Shown one piece after another: positions 59,444 to 64,000 of a stretch of DNA of 64,000 nt (its first letter is position 1; each line of letters begins with the position of its first letter). Below the pieces are notes generated by a model that made no database searches, was not told the origin of the DNA, and saw only the letters and a list, made by a program, of their open reading frames with translations. Source of the DNA: Mobula hypostoma (taxonomy: Eukaryota); assembly GCF_963921235.1 (NCBI RefSeq), contig NC_086108.1:102178001-102242000 (forward strand). Direction: 5' to 3'. The position numbers were made by a program, and so were the translations under genes.

Positions 59444-62400
59444 AATGGTTGGGGGGTGGGAATCAAATTAAAGCGGCTAGGTCTGAGGAGGTTAGTTCAC
59501 AACAGAGGGATGGGAACCAGTGCAGAGAGACAGAGGGGTGTAAAGTGAGCGTAGAAGCAAAAAGTACAAAGGGGAAAAGTAAAAGTGGCAGGCCGACAAA
59601 TCCAGGGCAAGCATTAAAAAGGGCTAAGAGAGTTGTAAAAGAGCGCCTGAAGGCTTTATGTGTCAATGCAAGGAGCATTCGTAATAAGGTGGATGAATTG
59701 AAAGTGCAGATTGTTATTAATGATTATGATATAGTTAGGATCACAGAGACATGGCTCCAGGGTGACCAGGGATGGGAGCTCAACGTTCAGGGATATTCAA
59801 TATTCAGGAGGGACAGACATGAAGGAAGGGGAGGTGGGGTGGCGTTGCTGGTTAAAGAAGAGATTAACGCAATAGAAAGGAAGAACATAAGCCGGGAAGA
59901 TGTGGAATCGATATGGGTAGAGCTGCGTAACACTAAGGGGCAGAAGACGCTGGTGGGAGTTGTGTACAGGCCACCTAACAGTAGTAGTGAGGTCGGAGAT
60001 GGTATTAAACAGGAAATTAGAAATGTGTGCAATAAAGGAACAGCAGTTATAATGGGTGACTTCAATCTACATGTAGACTGGGTGAACCAAATTGGTAAAG
60101 GTGCTGAGGAAGAGGATTTCTTGGAATGTATGCGGGATGGTTTTTTGAACCAACATGTCGAGGAACCGACTAGAGAGCAGGCTATTCTGGACTGGGTTTT
60201 GAGCAATGAGGAAGGGTTAATTAGCGATCTTGTCGTGAGAAGCCCCTTGGGTAAGAGTGACCATAATATGGTGGAATTCTTCATTAACATGGAGAGTGAC
60301 GTAGTTAATTCAGAAACAAAGGTTCTGAACTTAAAGAGGGGTAACTTTGAAGGTATGAGACGTGAATTAGCTAAGATAGACTGGCAAATGACACTTCAAG
60401 GATTGACGGTGAATATGCAATGGCAGGCATTTAAAGGTTGCATGGATGAACTACAACAATTGTTCATCCCAGTTTGGCAAAAGAATAAATCAAGGAAGGT
60501 AGTGCACCCGTGGCTGACAAGAGAAATTAGGGATAGTATCAATTCCAAAGTAGTAGCATACAAATTAGCCAGAGAAAGTGGCTCACCTGAGGACTGGGAG
60601 AAATTCAGAGTTCAGCAGAGGAGGACAAAGGGCTTAATTAGGAAGGGGAAAAAAGATTATGAGAGAAAACTGGCAGAGAACATAAAAACGGACTGTAAAA
60701 GCTTTTATAGATATGTAAAAAGGAAAAGACTGATAAAGACAAATGTAGGTCCCCTGCAAACAGAAACAGGTGAATTGATTATGGGGAGCAAGGACATGGC
60801 AAACCAATTGAATAATTACTTTGGTTCTGTCTTCACTAAGGAGGACATAAATAATCTTCCAGAAATAGTAAGGGACAGAGGGTCCAGTGAGATGGAGGAA
60901 CTGAGCGAAATACATGTTAGTAGGGAAGTGGTGTTAGGTAAATTGAAGGGATTGAAGGCAGATAAATCCCCAGGGCCAGATGGTCTGCATCCCAGAGTGC
61001 TTAAGGAAGTGGCCCAAGAAATAGTGGATGCATTAGTGATAATTTTTCAAAACTCGTTAGATTCTGGACTAGTTCCTGAGGATTGGAGGGTGGCTAATGT
61101 AACCCCACTTTTTAAAAAAGGAGGGAGAGAGAAACCGGGGAATTATAGGCCGGTTAGCCTAACGTCGGTGGTGGGGAAACTGCTGGAGTCAGTTATCAAG
61201 GATCTGATAACAGCACATTTGGAAAGCGGTGAAATGATCGGACAAAGTCAGCATGGATTTGTGAAAGGAAAATCATGTCTGACGAATCTCATAGAATTTT
61301 TTGAGGATGTAACTAGTAGAGTGGATAGGGGAGAACCAGTGGATGTGGTATATTTGGATTTTCAAAAGGCTTTTGACAAGGTCCCACACAGGAGATTAGT
61401 GTGCAAACTTAAAGCACACGGTATTGGGGGTAAGGTATTGGTGTGGGTGGAGAATTGGTTAGCAGACAGGAAGCAAAGAGTGGGAATAAACGGGACCTTT
61501 TCAGAATGGCAGGCGGTGACTAGTGGGGTACCGCAAGGCTCAGTGCTGGGACCCCAGTTGTTTACAATATATATTAATGACTTGGATGAGGGAATTAAAT
61601 GCAGCATCTCCAAGTTTGCGGATGACACAAAGCTGGGTGGCAGTGTTAGCAGTGAGGAGGATGCTAAGAGGATGCAGGGTGACTTGGATAGGTTGGGTGA
61701 GTGGGCAAACTCATGGCAGATGCAATTTAATGTGGATAAATGTGAAGTTATCCACTTTGGTGGCAAAAATAGGAAAACAGATTATTATCTGAATGGTGGC
61801 CGATTAGGAAAAGGGGAGGTGCAACGAGACCTGGGTGTCATTATACACCAGTCATTGAAAGTGGGCATGCAGGTACAGCAGGCGGTGAAAAAGGCGAACG
61901 GTATGCTGGCATTTATAGCGAGAGGATTTGAGTACAGGAGCAGGGAGGTACTACTGCAGTTGTACAAGGCCTTGGTGAGACCACACCTGGAGTATTGTGT
62001 GCAGTTTTGGTCCCCTAATCTGAGGAAAGACATCTTTGCCATAGAGGGAGTACAAAGAAGGTTCACCAGATTGATTCCTGGGATGGCAGGTCTTTCATAT
62101 GAAGAAAGACTGGATGAACTGGGCTTGTACTCGTTGGAATTTAGAAGATTGAGGGGGGATCTGATTGAAACGTATAAGATCCTAAAGGGATTGGACAGGC
62201 TAGATGCGGGAAGATTGTTCCCGATGTTGGGGAGGTCTAGAACGAGGGGTCACAGTTTGAGGATAGAGGGGAAGCCTTTTAGGACCGAGGTTAGGAAAAA
62301 CTTCTTCACACAGAGAGTGGTGAATCTGTGGAATTCTCTGCCACAGCAAACTGTTGAGGCCAGTTCATTAGCTATGTTTAAAAGGAAGTTAGATATGGCC

Positions 62401-62448
62401 CTTGTGGCTACAGGGGTCAGGGGGTATGGAGGGAAGGCTGGGTTCTGA
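59434..62448 (+). CDS. CR1 ORF2 (APE endonuclease + reverse transcriptase), no AUG at its 5' end
   Basis: About 1000 codons open: NARS, ITETW, VYRPP, MGDFN, SDH, QHGF, PQGSVLGP, FADD. The first in-frame Met lies about 200 codons in, inside the endonuclease. Confidence 0.95.
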   Translation, partial: FKLEWLGGGNQIKAARSEEVSSQQRDGNQCRETEGCKVSVEAKSTKGKSKSGRPTNPGQALKRAKRVVKERLKALCVNARSIRNKVDELKVQIVINDYDIVRITETWLQGDQGWELNVQGYSIFRRDRHEGRGGGVALLVKEEINAIERKNISREDVESIWVELRNTKGQKTLVGVVYRPPNSSSEVGDGIKQEIRNVCNKGTAVIMGDFNLHVDWVNQIGKGAEEEDFLECMRDGFLNQHVEEPTREQAILDWVLSNEEGLISDLVVRSPLGKSDHNMVEFFINMESDVVNSETKVLNLKRGNFEGMRRELAKIDWQMTLQGLTVNMQWQAFKGCMDELQQLFIPVWQKNKSRKVVHPWLTREIRDSINSKVVAYKLARESGSPEDWEKFRVQQRRTKGLIRKGKKDYERKLAENIKTDCKSFYRYVKRKRLIKTNVGPLQTETGELIMGSKDMANQLNNYFGSVFTKEDINNLPEIVRDRGSSEMEELSEIHVSREVVLGKLKGLKADKSPGPDGLHPRVLKEVAQEIVDALVIIFQNSLDSGLVPEDWRVANVTPLFKKGGREKPGNYRPVSLTSVVGKLLESVIKDLITAHLESGEMIGQSQHGFVKGKSCLTNLIEFFEDVTSRVDRGEPVDVVYLDFQKAFDKVPHRRLVCKLKAHGIGGKVLVWVENWLADRKQRVGINGTFSEWQAVTSGVPQGSVLGPQLFTIYINDLDEGIKCSISKFADDTKLGGSVSSEEDAKRMQGDLDRLGEWANSWQMQFNVDKCEVIHFGGKNRKTDYYLNGGRLGKGEVQRDLGVIIHQSLKVGMQVQQAVKKANGMLAFIARGFEYRSREVLLQLYKALVRPHLEYCVQFWSPNLRKDIFAIEGVQRRFTRLIPGMAGLSYEERLDELGLYSLEFRRLRGDLIETYKILKGLDRLDAGRLFPMLGRSRTRGHSLRIEGKPFRTEVRKNFFTQRVVNLWNSLPQQTVEASSLAMFKRKLDMALVATGVRGYGGKAGF

Positions 62449-62869
62449 GTTGGATGATCAGCCATGATCATAATAAATGGCGGTGCAGGCTCGAAGGGCC
62501 GAATGGCCTACTCCTGCACCTATTTTCTATGTTTTGTTTCTCTACTAACCATATTGTCAAAGTAAGAGTTATAAAGCTTAATGGTTTAATGCATATTGTG
62601 TACTGTTTGTTGTTTCGGGGTATTGATTTGTAACAGGGGACACATTGCGCAGCATCCACCCAAATGACATTTCTTAAGTTTGACCAGGCAGGGGGTTATC
62701 ACCCCCTAGGTTAAGCCCCTAGGTGAAGCAAGTGTTACATATGTATACTATATACAACTTTGAGATTCATCTCCTTACAGGCAGCCACAAAACAAAGAAA
62801 CACAACAGAACCCATTAGTGATCATCTTATGATCTAATAATGGAGAACCGGGAGCTGATTTAGACAGAA

Positions 62870-64000
62870 TAGATCTGATTTGGGACTGTCAGCATAGCTT
62901 TGTAATTGGGAAGTCATTCTGACAATCCCTTGGGGTTCTCTGAGAAGGTAACCAAGAGGGCAGTGAAATGGATGTTGTCTATGCAGACTTTAGTAAGCCC
63001 TTCACAAGTTCTCTGATGGCAGGTTATTTTGGATGTATGCAATCCCGGCTGGAGATAGCAGATTGGATTCATAGTTGGCTCATTGGTTGGAAGCAGAGGG
63101 CCAAGGGTTGTTTCTCAGTCTGGAGACCTGGGTCTAGTGGTGTGCCAGGTGGGTTGTTGTTTGTTATTTATATAAATGATTCGGATGTGAATGTACAAAG
63201 CATGGTTTATAAGATTTTGATTCTGATGTAAATCCTACAAGCTGGATCCAATTGCCCTTGTTTATGCAACACACATTTCAACTATTGTTCCCAAATTTAT
63301 TAACAATTGCCTATTGAAATTCTACACATTACACAGTAGGATCGGATACAATTCTCACAGAGAACAATGGAATGGGCATCTGTGATATAGCAATTGCTGT
63401 GAAGATGTGAAATGACAGTGAAATATGTGGAATATTAAATTTTAGTGCAGGACACACAAGACTCCCCTTGGTCTTTGTGGGAGGCTGGGTCAGAAACTTC
63501 ATGGGCCTGGCAGAGATATTTTTAACGTTCTTACCCATGGGTGAGGTGCTGGACACTGGAATATAGCTAATATCTCTCAGTTCATGAAATGCTTTAAGAA
63601 TAATCTGGGAAATTATTGGTCATTGAGTCTGTCATCAGTATTAGGTAGATTATTGGAAGGTATTGTAAGGGTCCAGATACTGTATATAAGTATTTTGATA
63701 GAAAATGCCTGATTAAGGATAGTCATCATGGCTTTGTGTGTGGTAGGCTGTGTCTAACCAATCTTACAGTTTTTCAAGGAGATTTACCAAGAAAGTTTAT
63801 GAAGGAAAGACAGTGGATATTGTCTACATCGTATTTAGCCAGTCCTTTGACAAAGTCCTGCATGGGAGGCTGGTTCAATTGCTTGGCATTCAGGATAAGG
63901 TAGTAAATTAGATTTGACATGTGCTTCGTGGGTAAAGCCAGAAAGTGGGATTAGATGGTTCGCTCTCTGACTGGAAGCCAGCGGAGCAATGGTCTTCATT
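62870..64000 (+). mobile_element. Old degenerate CR1 RT fragments
   Basis: MDVVYADFSK, HGFV, VDIVY and FDKV remnants with many stops. Confidence 0.65.

Larger units (their letters stand above)
57965..62535 (+). mobile_element. Full-length, apparently intact CR1 LINE
   Basis: 172-bp 5' monomers starting at 57965, 58137 and 58309 (third partial). Open ORF1 and ORF2. 3' UTR and tattttctatgt tail. Confidence 0.97.
57522..62739. mobile_element. Solo LTR (about 650 bp) split by a full-length CR1
   Basis: Begins TGTAA (57522), ends TTACA (62739), flanked by TATG on both sides (57518-57521, 62740-62743). Halves are about 57522-57960 and about 62535-62739. Confidence 0.7.

Overview
Eukaryotic (vertebrate) genomic DNA, most likely from a cartilaginous fish judging by the repeat complement (CR1, L1/Tx1-like, Rex1/Babar, Penelope, V-SINE); this assignment is inference. 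The only host gene I can support is a CLCA-family (calcium-activated chloride channel regulator) gene on the minus strand: coding exon 1 at 6949-7110, exon 2 at 826-966, and a TATA box near 7170. The rest is nested transposable elements. These include two copies of an internally deleted SCAN-gag (Gmr1-like) Gypsy LTR element, several CR1 LINEs (one full-length and intact), two L1-like LINEs, Rex1 fragments, Penelope remnants with hammerhead-ribozyme motifs, hAT and Tc1 DNA elements, and SINEs. An old tandem segmental duplication (about 7505-27595 vs 28225-38445) carries private insertions in each copy. The most notable signals are: (1) a U-UUA-AAC slippery heptamer directly before the ORF1 stop in all three ORF1-containing CR1 copies, from two families, with an AUG-less ORF2 in the -1 frame, suggesting programmed ribosomal frameshifting; (2) a non-autonomous LTR family that keeps gag-protease plus an open patchwork pol lacking catalytic cores; (3) minimal hammerhead motifs; (4) a duplicated, decaying CCAAT/X-box promoter-like island. 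TE boundaries were read by eye and are approximate unless TSDs are quoted.
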